From contig JBGUXP010000011.1 in assembly GCA_045222295.1 (NCBI GenBank), positions 21,643 through 85,642 on the forward strand: a DNA stretch of 64,000 nt. The letters are read 5' to 3'. Below, piece after piece: positions 8,452 to 17,627 of this stretch. Below the pieces are notes generated by a model. It did not search any database. It worked only from the letters and a program-made list of their open reading frames with translations, and was not told the origin of the DNA. The stretch comes from Bacteroidales bacterium (lineage in GTDB: Bacteria; Bacteroidota; Bacteroidia; Bacteroidales; P3). Positions within the stretch are counted from its first letter, which is position 1. Each line of letters starts with the position of its first letter. The position numbers and the translations under genes are program-made.

Positions 8452-10296
8452 ATGAAAAGAACCATACTGCTGATAGCCGTTCTCCTCTCTTTTTCAGCTA
8501 ATGCAAACACCGTCAGCCACGAAGAGGCCTCCCTTGTAGCGACACGATTCTGGGACACCCATCATCCCTCCAACAGTGATAGTGTTTATAAACTATCATT
8601 TATCCACATTGCCACATTGCCACACCTTTATATCGCCGACATCAACGGCGGCGAAGGGTTCGTTATCGTAGCTGGCGACGACTGCGTCCGTCCCATCCTT
8701 GCCTACTCTTTCGACTCCCCCTTCCCTCTGGAACTCAATCCTGAATTGCGTTATTGGCTCAATGGTTATGAAGAGCAAATTGCTGATGCCGTCAAGGCCG
8801 ACTACCAGCCTTTCCAACAAGTTGTTGCCGAATGGAGCAATCTCCTCAAGGAGACCGCCCCCATAGTTGCCACTGACATTGCCGACGTGCCTGCCATGCT
8901 TACCACCCGTTGGGACCAAGGCAACCCCTACAACAAATTCTGCCCCTACGACTCCGTCCGAAACGGACGTGCCGTTGTGGGCTGTGTAGCCACAGCCATG
9001 GCTCAGATAATGAAGTTCTGGAACTATCCCGCCTACGGCGAAGGAAGTCTTACCTACCAGCCGACAACAGGCCAACCTCGTTACGATACTATTTTCCCAC
9101 TCCAGTCTGTCGACTTCAGCAATACCACCTATCTTTGGGAATTCATGCCCGACGAATTGGGCTACGGCACATTCTCTTATCAGCGCGACGCCGTGGCCAT
9201 TATCTCCTACCACTGTGGCGTAGCGGTAGAGATGATGTACGGACTCTCTGCTAATGGCGGCAGCTCCGCCTACTCGAGCTGTGGTCCTTGGGCTCAAGCC
9301 TGCGCCACAGAGGCCTTCTGGAGATACTTCAAATACGACACCACTCTTTACTTAAAATATCGCAACAGCTATTCGGACAGCAGTTGGCGTGCCCTCATCG
9401 ACAGTCAGCTCACCCAAGGACAACCCATGTATTATGCTGGCCATGACTCCACGGGCGGGCATGCTTTTGTGCTTGATGGCTCCGACCTCCAAGACCGATA
9501 CCACTTCAACTGGGGCTGGAGTGGCTACGGCGACGGGTTCTACACCATCGATGACCTCGCTCCTCGCTCCGGCGGCGACGGCGGCAACGCAACCTACACC
9601 TTCAACCTAAACCAGGAAGCCATCTTCAACATCCGCCCCCTATACGCTGAGACTTTCGACACTGTCGACTACTACGACACATTATGCAACAGCTCTCAAT
9701 ACCATGACTTCTATGAATATCACCTGCGCGTGACCGAGATGGACACCCTCCTAAGGCATCTCGGAACCTTCTACCGCTACCACCTCAGCGTCGTCGACCA
9801 GAAACGAGTCTTCCTCAACCCCAACATCTCTGGTCAGACTCCAGAAATGTCCTATTTCTGTCCCATTGAAGGCTACACCTTACCTAATTGTACTTTCACC
9901 AACGAGGGCAACATGTTCATCGGCTGGTGCCGCAGCAAAACCGGTGACGATACCATCTATCAGCCCGGCCAGCACATTGACCTCATTACCGGTGCAACAT
10001 TCTTCGCCTTATGGATTGACACCACAAATGCAGGTATTGCCAATATTGAGGCTTCTGAAGAGGTCACCCTTTGGCCCAACCCCACCAGTGGCGAGTTGTA
10101 CATCACCCTAAAAATGGGACATGATGCGCAGGTATTCGTCATCGATGCCACGGGACGAACCGTAATGCGGGAGAACTATCCCAACATGATGGGCGGAAAC
10201 ACCAAAATCTCGCTTCAAAGCCTCCCAAATGGCATCTACACCGTGCAAATCAAGACTGCCATGGGCACCTATAACAAACGAATAATCAAACGATAA
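8452..10296 (+). CDS. Peptidase C10 (streptopain/interpain-like cysteine protease) with an N-terminal Spi-type prodomain, a Listeria-Bacteroides repeat and a T9SS CTD
   Basis: Catalytic Cys motif GCVATAMAQIMKFWNYP; GGHAFVLDG His motif; C-terminal WPNPTSGELYI...GIYTVQIKT sorting domain. Confidence 0.85.
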   Translation: MKRTILLIAVLLSFSANANTVSHEEASLVATRFWDTHHPSNSDSVYKLSFIHIATLPHLYIADINGGEGFVIVAGDDCVRPILAYSFDSPFPLELNPELRYWLNGYEEQIADAVKADYQPFQQVVAEWSNLLKETAPIVATDIADVPAMLTTRWDQGNPYNKFCPYDSVRNGRAVVGCVATAMAQIMKFWNYPAYGEGSLTYQPTTGQPRYDTIFPLQSVDFSNTTYLWEFMPDELGYGTFSYQRDAVAIISYHCGVAVEMMYGLSANGGSSAYSSCGPWAQACATEAFWRYFKYDTTLYLKYRNSYSDSSWRALIDSQLTQGQPMYYAGHDSTGGHAFVLDGSDLQDRYHFNWGWSGYGDGFYTIDDLAPRSGGDGGNATYTFNLNQEAIFNIRPLYAETFDTVDYYDTLCNSSQYHDFYEYHLRVTEMDTLLRHLGTFYRYHLSVVDQKRVFLNPNISGQTPEMSYFCPIEGYTLPNCTFTNEGNMFIGWCRSKTGDDTIYQPGQHIDLITGATFFALWIDTTNAGIANIEASEEVTLWPNPTSGELYITLKMGHDAQVFVIDATGRTVMRENYPNMMGGNTKISLQSLPNGIYTVQIKTAMGTYNKRIIKR

Positions 10297-10339
10297 AAAA
10301 TATTAAAAAGAAAAATTTGGTAGATTCGAAAAATGTTCG

Positions 10340-10347
10340 TACTTTTG
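10340..10347 (+). promoter_or_regulatory. -7 box TACTTTTG upstream of tRNA-Met
   Basis: TAnnTTTG match 72 nt upstream of the tRNA. Confidence 0.45.
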
Positions 10348-10418
10348 CACTCGATTTCACAAAAGAACTTGAGCGCAAGCAAATAAACTTTTAAAGTTCT
10401 TTTGAGGAAATAAGAGAG

Positions 10419-10492
<74 letters not shown>

Positions 10493-10494
10493 TA

Positions 10495-10533
10495 AATCAA
10501 AAGGCCATCCAAACGGATGGCCTTTTGATTTTT
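10495..10533. terminator. Bidirectional terminator (tRNA-Met / pepD)
   Basis: 10-bp stem AAGGCCATCC/GGATGGCCTT flanked by A- and T-runs. Confidence 0.7.
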
Positions 10534-10547
10534 ACTGGTCTATAATT

Positions 10548-12011
10548 CTACTTAAGACGTTTGAGGATTTCGAGGGTCTGGTTCCAGAACATCTCGACAG
10601 TCTTGATTTCGATACGCTCGTCGGGGCTGTGGACACCGCGGAGAGTAGGGCCATAGGAAATCATGTCTATGTTGGGATACTTCTGACCAATGAGACCGCA
10701 CTCGAGGCCGGCATGTATAGCACGAACAACAGGTTCCTTACCATACATCTTCCTGTAGACGTCGACACCCACTTTCAGTACACGGCTGTCAGGGTTGGGG
10801 GTCCAGCCAGGATAACCGTCACCATGCGTCACCTTGGCACCAATGAGGCGGAAGGTAGCCTCTATCTTGGCGGCGGCAGCCATCTTGGCACTCTCCACAC
10901 TACTGCGCTGACTAGTGGCGATATGAATCTTTCCGTCGCGCATCTTGATGGAAGCAAGATTAGTGGAGGTCTCGACAAAGTTCTCAATCTCGCGGCTCAT
11001 AGCCAACACACCGTGGGCACATGCATAGATCACGTTGACAAGTTTCTCCTGGGTCTCTTTATCAATGAATTTTTTGGGCATCTCGACATCGCGGAGTTCA
11101 AACTCCAAACCAGGCTCCGTCGAGCGGAACTCGAATACCATATTTTTTCCCATCTTGGTAACCATTGCCTTGAATGCACGTACGTTGGCTTCGGGCACGG
11201 TGACTACAGCCTCTGCCTCGCGGGCAATGGCATTGCGAAGGTTGCCACCATCGATGGAGACGAGTCGCATGTCATGTTTATAGGTTCCCTCCCAAAGGAT
11301 GCGATTGATAAGCTTGTTGGCGCAGCCAAGACCCTTGTTGATGTCGTCGCCACTATGACCGCCCTTCAGCCCGCTGACATGGAGAAGGAAGGCTTTGTGT
11401 CCCTTAGTGGCAGGCACAAGTTTGTAGTCAATCTCAACCGTGGTATCGATACCACCAGCACAGCCAATGCAGTACTCACCCTCGTCCTCGTCGTCGAAGT
11501 TGAGGAGGATGTCGCTCTTGAGCCAGCTCTTGCTGAGGCCAGCGGCACCAGTGAGACCGGTCTCTTCATCGACGGTGATAAGGGCTTCGAGGGCGGGATG
11601 CTGTAGCTTCTTGTCCTCGAGGATGGCGAGGATAGCAGCCACGCCGATGCCATCGTCGGCACCAAGGGTGGTGCCGTCAGCGGTGAGCCACTCACCGTCT
11701 AGAACTGGCTGGATGGGGTCTTTCATGAAATCGAACTTCTTGGTGCTATTCTTCTCGCAGACCATGTCCATGTGGGCCTGGAGGCAGACCATAGGGCTCT
11801 TCTCAAAGCCCTTGCTGGCGGGCTTGCGAATGAGAACGTTGCCGAGTTTGTCACTCTTAGTCTCGAGACCGTGCTCCTTACCCCAGTTGACGAGGTATGC
11901 CGAGATGCGCTCTTCGTGCTTGGAGGGGCGCGGAATCTGCATGATTTCGCCGAAATAATGCCACACGCGTGCGGGCTTTAAACCTTTTAATATGTCATCC
12001 TGTTTTTTCAT
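10548..12011 (-). CDS. pepD: Aminoacyl-histidine dipeptidase PepD (M20 family)
   Basis: The 487-aa form starts at MKKQDDILKGLKP..VWHYF; motifs HMDMV and GADDGIG. The longer start at 12047 would overlap the upstream gene. Confidence 0.9.
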   Translation of the reverse strand: MKKQDDILKGLKPARVWHYFGEIMQIPRPSKHEERISAYLVNWGKEHGLETKSDKLGNVLIRKPASKGFEKSPMVCLQAHMDMVCEKNSTKKFDFMKDPIQPVLDGEWLTADGTTLGADDGIGVAAILAILEDKKLQHPALEALITVDEETGLTGAAGLSKSWLKSDILLNFDDEDEGEYCIGCAGGIDTTVEIDYKLVPATKGHKAFLLHVSGLKGGHSGDDINKGLGCANKLINRILWEGTYKHDMRLVSIDGGNLRNAIAREAEAVVTVPEANVRAFKAMVTKMGKNMVFEFRSTEPGLEFELRDVEMPKKFIDKETQEKLVNVIYACAHGVLAMSREIENFVETSTNLASIKMRDGKIHIATSQRSSVESAKMAAAAKIEATFRLIGAKVTHGDGYPGWTPNPDSRVLKVGVDVYRKMYGKEPVVRAIHAGLECGLIGQKYPNIDMISYGPTLRGVHSPDERIEIKTVEMFWNQTLEILKRLK

Positions 12012-12031
12012 AACTATTTTTTTATTGTTTT

Positions 12032-12853
12032 TTATTCTATTGAGCAACCCTCGCCAAAGAGGCGCTTGGCATAAGGTGTGAGGGGTACGTGCTTGGAAAG
12101 CCAGAAAATGGGGAGAGTAATTTCTTGTATGCCGCAGCTATAGGGAGTAATTTCATAAAGACCATAGAAGACAGAAATGCCGTTGCGGGCACTGTCGACA
12201 AGAAAGTTGGCTGGCATGGGCATACGGTCTACCTCTTTGAATTCGTCAAAAAGGCACTCATAAGTCTCCTTATTCACCTCGAGTTCTTGAATAGCGTGTG
12301 CTATGGCCTCGCAGAGGAGGTTGGTATCGGTGACGAGGTCGGTCAAATGGACAACGTTGCGCGTCTCCTTGTCGATAGTCAGGTATCGCACCGTGTAGAG
12401 ACCATGTGCCGCTCCAACAGAATAAAGTTCGGTCTTGGCGGCAAAAACAGCCAAGGCGCTGTCCTGTGTGCAACTACCTTCCAAGGAGTAGTAGCTGTAA
12501 GGACGTTCCTCATCGATAGATTTCACTTTCTGCGAATTGCTTTCATCCTCGTAGAACGGATTGGCAAGCCAACCAATCAAAGCCGTTTCCACATCGGCAG
12601 ATGTGCTGTCGTCAAAATAAAGGTACTGCAACTCACGCATAGCCGACGGACTTACCATACCTTCGTCAGGCCATGCCACCGAGTAGGTCATCTTTGTACC
12701 AATGGTATCCAGGTCCATGATGAATGGCTCATCGAAAATCTGCAGATAACACCGGTCACCACTGAGGGTATGGGTGGTAAACTCTTTCGGTTCATGCTTG
12801 CAGCCAGCCAGCAGCATTGCCACCAAGGCGAGGCAAAAAGGCAGACGTTTCAT
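12032..12853 (-). CDS. Lipoprotein, DUF3298/RsiV-PdaC-like domain
   Basis: Lipobox LLAGC; central GAAHG motif resembling the GGAHG signature of DUF3298. Confidence 0.55.
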   Translation of the reverse strand: MKRLPFCLALVAMLLAGCKHEPKEFTTHTLSGDRCYLQIFDEPFIMDLDTIGTKMTYSVAWPDEGMVSPSAMRELQYLYFDDSTSADVETALIGWLANPFYEDESNSQKVKSIDEERPYSYYSLEGSCTQDSALAVFAAKTELYSVGAAHGLYTVRYLTIDKETRNVVHLTDLVTDTNLLCEAIAHAIQELEVNKETYECLFDEFKEVDRMPMPANFLVDSARNGISVFYGLYEITPYSCGIQEITLPIFWLSKHVPLTPYAKRLFGEGCSIE

Positions 12854-13173
12854 TTTTTCTTGTTTTTAGGTTTGGGGTCGGGCAACTCTGCACAGGTAGC
12901 TTTCACCAATGCCGAGAGATAGTCGCGGTCGTCCACATCCTCGATGTAGAAGTAGGGCTTGGCACCGTCGTAAGGCGGACGCATATCCTCTATGCGAAGC
13001 TTCTTGCGACCCGCCTCGGAGGGCTTAAGGTAGAAACCATTGTCGCTGATGAGGCCGAAGATTTTGCCATTGCAATAAATACCATAGTCCCCAAACATCT
13101 TGCGGGCCTCTATCTCCCCTGCCCCACCACACTGGTCAGCGATGTATTGCACAAAGTCTGCCGAGCTCGCCAT
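12850..13173 (-). CDS. TfoX N-terminal domain protein
   Basis: 107 aa; KMFGDYGIYCNGKIFGLI pattern typical of TfoX_N; 4-nt overlap with the downstream gene. Confidence 0.75.
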   Translation of the reverse strand: MASSADFVQYIADQCGGAGEIEARKMFGDYGIYCNGKIFGLISDNGFYLKPSEAGRKKLRIEDMRPPYDGAKPYFYIEDVDDRDYLSALVKATCAELPDPKPKNKKK

Positions 13174-13179
13174 ACCTTT

Positions 13180-16100
13180 TTATTTGAAGTATTCCACGCC
13201 GCTCTCAAAGATGCGCTGGTCGTCGTTTCCAAAGATGTTCATGGCGCTGCCTTTACTTCTACGCTCCGAGTGCCCCATCTTGCCGAGGACACGACCGTCG
13301 GGACTGGTAATACCTTCGATGGCCATGTAGGATCCATTCATGTTGAACTCTTCATCCATGGTAGGCACACCGTCGAAGTTGCAGTACTGGGTGGCTACCT
13401 GACCGTTCTTGAAGAGACGATCGAGCCATTCCTGCGTGGCTACGAAACGGCCCTCGCCGTGCGAGATGGGGATGGTGTAAACACCACCCAACTCGGCACC
13501 GCGCAGCCAGGGGCTGAGGTTGGAGGTGATGCGGGTATAGGCCATCTTGCTTTGGTGACGACCGATGGTATTGAAGGTCAGCGTGGGGGCATCGGCGGCC
13601 TGCGAACGAATCTCACCGTAGGGGACGAGACCCAGTTTCACCAAGGCCTGGAAGCCGTTGCAGATACCCAGCATGAGGCCGTCGCGCTTATTGAGGAGTT
13701 CCATGACCGCATCGGCAATCTTGGCGTTGCGGAAGACGCTGGTGATGAACTTCGCGGAGCCTTCGGGCTCGTCGCCGGCGCTGAAGCCACCGGGTATCAT
13801 GACGATCTGGCTGTTGTTGATGGCCTTGACGTAGGCCTCGACGCTTTCGCGTATCTGCTGGCCGTTCTGGTTGCGGAAGACGATAATCTCGCTCTCGGCA
13901 CCGGCGCGGTTGAAGGCGCGGGCACTGTCGTACTCACAGTTGGTGCCAGGGAAGGCTGGGATGAAGACATGAGGCTTGGCTACCTTGTGGGAGCAGAGGT
14001 GGATATCTTTATAATTAACGGGGTTAATGGGTTGAATGGGTTGAATGGGCGAAGTGCTGCGAGTGGGAAAGACACTTTCGAGGGGTTTCTGCCAAGCAGC
14101 GAGAGCCTCGTTGAGGGCAATCTTCTCTCCACAGCACTCGAAGGCATCCTTGCCGGTCACTTCGCCTATCTCCTTGCAGCGGAACGGTAAGCCAGTGGCA
14201 TTCTCCACCTCGACAACAATCCAGCCGTAGTGTTTGGCGGAAAGATCTTGGCTGGTGGTGAGTTTGACACCGAGATTGTTGCCGAAGGCCATCTTGCTGA
14301 CAGCCTCGATAATGCCACCGAATCCGAGGGCATAAGCACTCTTCACCTGACCGGCCTCAATGGCTTTGCGCAGGGCAGCGTACTGGTTGAGGGCATCCTC
14401 GTAGTCGGGCATGCCGAATTCTTTCTCCTTGATGTCGAGGAGGACGAGTTTATTGCCGGCCTTCTTGAGCTCAGGGGTGACGACATGCTGGAGGTCGCTG
14501 ATGCCCACGGCGAAGGAGCAGAGGGTCGGTGGCACGTCGATATCGTTGAAGGTGCCGGACATGGAGTCTTTTCCGCCGATTGCGGGCAGCTTAAGGCCCA
14601 TCTGTGCATTGTAGGCACCGAGGAGGGCAGCGAAAGGTTCACCCCAACGATAGGGGTCGTTTCCGAGTTTCTTGAAATATTCCTGGAAAGTAAGGCGCAC
14701 ACGGCTGGCATCGCCACCGGCGGCGGCAATCTTAGCCACCGAACTCAGCACGGCGTATACGGCACCGTGGAAGGGGCTCCACGAGGTCTGGTAGGGGTCC
14801 ATGCCGTAGGACATAATGGTAACGGTGTCGCACTTGCCATCAAGCAGCGGCAACTTGCCAATCATGCTCTGGGTAGGCGTGAGCTGGTACTTGCCACCGA
14901 AGGGCATCACCACGCTGCCAGCACCGATACTGCTGTCAAACATCTCGACCAAGCCTTGCTGTGAGCAGACGTTGAGGTCGGAGAGAGTGGAGAGCCACTG
15001 CTCTTTGATGGGTTTGGTGGGTTGAGTGGGTTTAATGGACTGTGTGGGCATCGTCACCTTGACGGTGGTCTCCTGATGGGCGCCGTTGGTGTCGATGAAG
15101 CGGCGGCTGAGGTTGACAATCTCCTTGCCACGCCAGCTTATGACCATGCGGGGTTCCTTGGTGACGGTAGCCACCACAGTAGCTTCGAGGTTCTCTTCGT
15201 CGGCATACTTCAGCATGAGGTCGACATCCTTGGGGTCGACAACGACGGCCATACGCTCTTGGCTCTCGCTGATGGCCAACTCGGTACCATCGAGACCAGC
15301 ATACTTTTTGGGCACACGGTCGAGGTTAATCTGTAGACCGTCAGCCAACTCGCCAATGGCGACGCTAACACCACCGGCACCGAAGTCATTGCATTTCTTG
15401 ATGATATGGGAGACCTCCTCGCGGCGGAAGAGGCGTTGAATCTTGCGCTCGGTGGGGGCATTGCCCTTCTGCACCTCGGCACCGCAAGTGGTCAGGCTCT
15501 TGGTGGTGTGGCTCTTGGAGGCACCCGTGGCGCCTCCTATTCCGTCACGGCCCGTGCGGCCACCCAGCAGGATGATGATGTCACCAGGGTCGGAGGTAAG
15601 ACGCTGCACAGCACGACGAGGTGCGGCGGCGATGACAGCACCAATCTCCATACGCTTGGCCACATAGTTGGGGTGGTATATCTCGTTCACCAAGCCAGTG
15701 GCCAGACCAATCTGGTTGCCGTAGGAGCTGTAGCCGTGGGCGGCGGTGGTGACAATCTTACGCTGGGGCAACTTGCCGGCGAGGGTCTCGTTAAGAGGCT
15801 TTGTGGGGTCGGCAGCACCGGTGACGCGCATGGCCTGGTAGACGTAGGTGCGGCCCGAGAGTGGGTCTCGGATGCAGCCACCGAGGCAGGTGGCGGCACC
15901 ACCGAAAGGCTCAATCTCCGTCGGGTGGTTGTGGGTCTCGTTCTTGAAGTTGATGAGCCACTCCTCCTTGTTGCCGTCGATGACGACGGGTACCACGATG
16001 GAGCAGGCGTTGATCTCGTCGCTGGGCTCTTGGTCATCGAGGATGCCGGCCTTCTTGAGACGTTTGGCGGCAAGGGTTCCGATGTCCATCAGGCAGACGA

Positions 16101-16905
16101 ACCTGTCATTGCGGCCAATGTATTGCTCCTTGTGATCGGCGAGATATTGCTTGAATGTGCCTTCCAACAGCGGACGGTAGTAGCCCTCGTCGAACTTCAC
16201 ATCCTTCAGTTCGGTGGCGAAGGTGGTGTGGCGGCAGTGATCGCTCCAGTAGGTGTCAAGGACGCGAATCTCCGTCATCGTGGGGTCACGGTGCTCTTCG
16301 TCGTGGAAGTAGCGCTGGATATGCTTGAAGTCAGCGAAAGTCATGGCAAGGCCAAGACCGTCGTAGAGCTCTTTCAGCTTGGGTTCGGCCATTGTGGAAA
16401 AGCCATCAAAAACAATCACATCGGCGGGCTCGTCGAAGTGATCTTCGAGGGTGGCAGGCTTAGGTTCATCTGTAACGCGGCTATCCACAGGATTCACACA
16501 ATGCTTGACAACAGCCTGGCGCTGCTCGTCGCTCAGTTTGCCGCTTATGACGTAAGTTGTTGCGCTCTTGATGATAGGCTCTTCAGCATCGTTGAGCAAC
16601 TTGACGCACTGCTCTGCCGAATCGGCACGCTGGTCAAACTGACCAGGAAGATACTCCACCGTAAAGCAGAAATCGTCAGTCTTATGAGGGAACGCCTCCT
16701 CATATACATCGTCCACAGGAGGCTCAGAGAACACCGTTCCCTTGGCCTTCTCATAGGTGCTATCACTCACATTCTCGACATCATAGCGAATGAGCACGCG
16801 CACCTCCTCGGCCTCTATGCCGAGATACTCACTCATTTCTTTCTTTAGCTCTTTAGCCTTCACGGCGTAAGCGGGCTTCTTCTCAACAAAGATTCTTCTT
16901 ACCAT
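13180..16905 (-). CDS. purL: Phosphoribosylformylglycinamidine synthase (single-chain PurL)
   Basis: 1241 aa; FGAM synthase AIRS-like domains plus a C-terminal glutaminase (GICNGFQ). Confidence 0.97.
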   Translation of the reverse strand: MVRRIFVEKKPAYAVKAKELKKEMSEYLGIEAEEVRVLIRYDVENVSDSTYEKAKGTVFSEPPVDDVYEEAFPHKTDDFCFTVEYLPGQFDQRADSAEQCVKLLNDAEEPIIKSATTYVISGKLSDEQRQAVVKHCVNPVDSRVTDEPKPATLEDHFDEPADVIVFDGFSTMAEPKLKELYDGLGLAMTFADFKHIQRYFHDEEHRDPTMTEIRVLDTYWSDHCRHTTFATELKDVKFDEGYYRPLLEGTFKQYLADHKEQYIGRNDRFVCLMDIGTLAAKRLKKAGILDDQEPSDEINACSIVVPVVIDGNKEEWLINFKNETHNHPTEIEPFGGAATCLGGCIRDPLSGRTYVYQAMRVTGAADPTKPLNETLAGKLPQRKIVTTAAHGYSSYGNQIGLATGLVNEIYHPNYVAKRMEIGAVIAAAPRRAVQRLTSDPGDIIILLGGRTGRDGIGGATGASKSHTTKSLTTCGAEVQKGNAPTERKIQRLFRREEVSHIIKKCNDFGAGGVSVAIGELADGLQINLDRVPKKYAGLDGTELAISESQERMAVVVDPKDVDLMLKYADEENLEATVVATVTKEPRMVISWRGKEIVNLSRRFIDTNGAHQETTVKVTMPTQSIKPTQPTKPIKEQWLSTLSDLNVCSQQGLVEMFDSSIGAGSVVMPFGGKYQLTPTQSMIGKLPLLDGKCDTVTIMSYGMDPYQTSWSPFHGAVYAVLSSVAKIAAAGGDASRVRLTFQEYFKKLGNDPYRWGEPFAALLGAYNAQMGLKLPAIGGKDSMSGTFNDIDVPPTLCSFAVGISDLQHVVTPELKKAGNKLVLLDIKEKEFGMPDYEDALNQYAALRKAIEAGQVKSAYALGFGGIIEAVSKMAFGNNLGVKLTTSQDLSAKHYGWIVVEVENATGLPFRCKEIGEVTGKDAFECCGEKIALNEALAAWQKPLESVFPTRSTSPIQPIQPINPVNYKDIHLCSHKVAKPHVFIPAFPGTNCEYDSARAFNRAGAESEIIVFRNQNGQQIRESVEAYVKAINNSQIVMIPGGFSAGDEPEGSAKFITSVFRNAKIADAVMELLNKRDGLMLGICNGFQALVKLGLVPYGEIRSQAADAPTLTFNTIGRHQSKMAYTRITSNLSPWLRGAELGGVYTIPISHGEGRFVATQEWLDRLFKNGQVATQYCNFDGVPTMDEEFNMNGSYMAIEGITSPDGRVLGKMGHSERRSKGSAMNIFGNDDQRIFESGVEYFK
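14014..14049. repeat. 9-nt tandem repeat (NTTRAAYGGG x4) in-frame in purL
   Basis: ATTAACGGG GTTAATGGG TTGAATGGG TTGAATGGG. Encodes PIQPIQPINPVN on the gene strand, ahead of the glutaminase domain. Confidence 0.8.
15004..15048. repeat. 9-nt tandem repeat (TTTRRTGGG-like x5) in-frame in purL
   Basis: TTTGATGGG TTTGGTGGG TTGAGTGGG TTTAATGGA CTGTGTGGG. Encodes PTQSIKPTQPTKPIK. Confidence 0.8.
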
Positions 16906-16930
16906 ATCTCTTGATTTCTAATTTCTAAAT

Positions 16931-17578
16931 TTATGATTTCCGAGTGGAATCCACTTCAATAAAATTCTCAGGATGCTTAGCCATCTCTTTTTTGAAGAGG
17001 CTGCGTATCGCAAGGATATCGGCCTCAGCATCATCGGTGGTCCAGAAGGCCTCGCCGATATGCACCTCACGCTTGCCGAAATCAAGGAAAGCCGGCACAA
17101 TGGGCACATTAGCCTGATGCGCAATCTCCCAGAAGCCTCGTTTCCAACGCTTAGTAGCCTTACGTGTACCTTCGGGAGTAATAGCAATAGCCAATCCCTC
17201 CCCTTTGGCAAACTCACGAACGGCGGTACCAATCATGTCATTATGACGGTTGCCACGGTCGATGGCAATGCAGCCTAAACGGCGCAAAACACCCCCCAAC
17301 GGCCAACGAAAATACTCTTTTTTGATAAAGATTTTCCCATTAACCCCCAAACTCCACAAATAGGCTGTACCAACCAAATAATCAGCCGCAGAAGTATGCG
17401 GTGCCGTTGCAAAAACACAGCGTTCCAGTTCAGGTCTGGACCCCTTCTCTGGCAGGATAAACTTCCATCCGCCCAGTTTCACGATTGCAATCCAAATCCG
17501 TTTCATATCGGCTGCAAAATTACGATTTTTTTCGCGAATATAATAAATATTTTTTTCCACCACCTGTTGAATATTCAT
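16931..17578 (-). CDS. 1-acyl-sn-glycerol-3-phosphate acyltransferase family protein
   Basis: HTSAADY (HX4D) and PEGTR motifs. Start chosen at MNIQQV; the MKRIWIAI start is also possible. Confidence 0.8.
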   Translation of the reverse strand: MNIQQVVEKNIYYIREKNRNFAADMKRIWIAIVKLGGWKFILPEKGSRPELERCVFATAPHTSAADYLVGTAYLWSLGVNGKIFIKKEYFRWPLGGVLRRLGCIAIDRGNRHNDMIGTAVREFAKGEGLAIAITPEGTRKATKRWKRGFWEIAHQANVPIVPAFLDFGKREVHIGEAFWTTDDAEADILAIRSLFKKEMAKHPENFIEVDSTRKS

Positions 17579-17586
17579 TTTTTTCG

Positions 17587-17594
17587 TATCTTTG
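17587..17594 (+). promoter_or_regulatory. -7 box TATCTTTG for the 17628 gene
   Basis: TAnnTTTG match 34 nt upstream of the ATG. Confidence 0.5.
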
Positions 17595-17627
17595 CACCGC
17601 AAAAAGCAACAAAATCCAGATAGATAT

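Noticed and set aside
12817-14190. Long plus-strand ORFs antisense to purL (457 aa here; also 14230-14964 and 15406-16848)
   Set aside because: The translations are low-complexity and Gly/Ala/Val/Leu-rich with no motifs. The opposite strand encodes an unmistakable full-length PurL. These are typical shadow ORFs of GC-rich genes.
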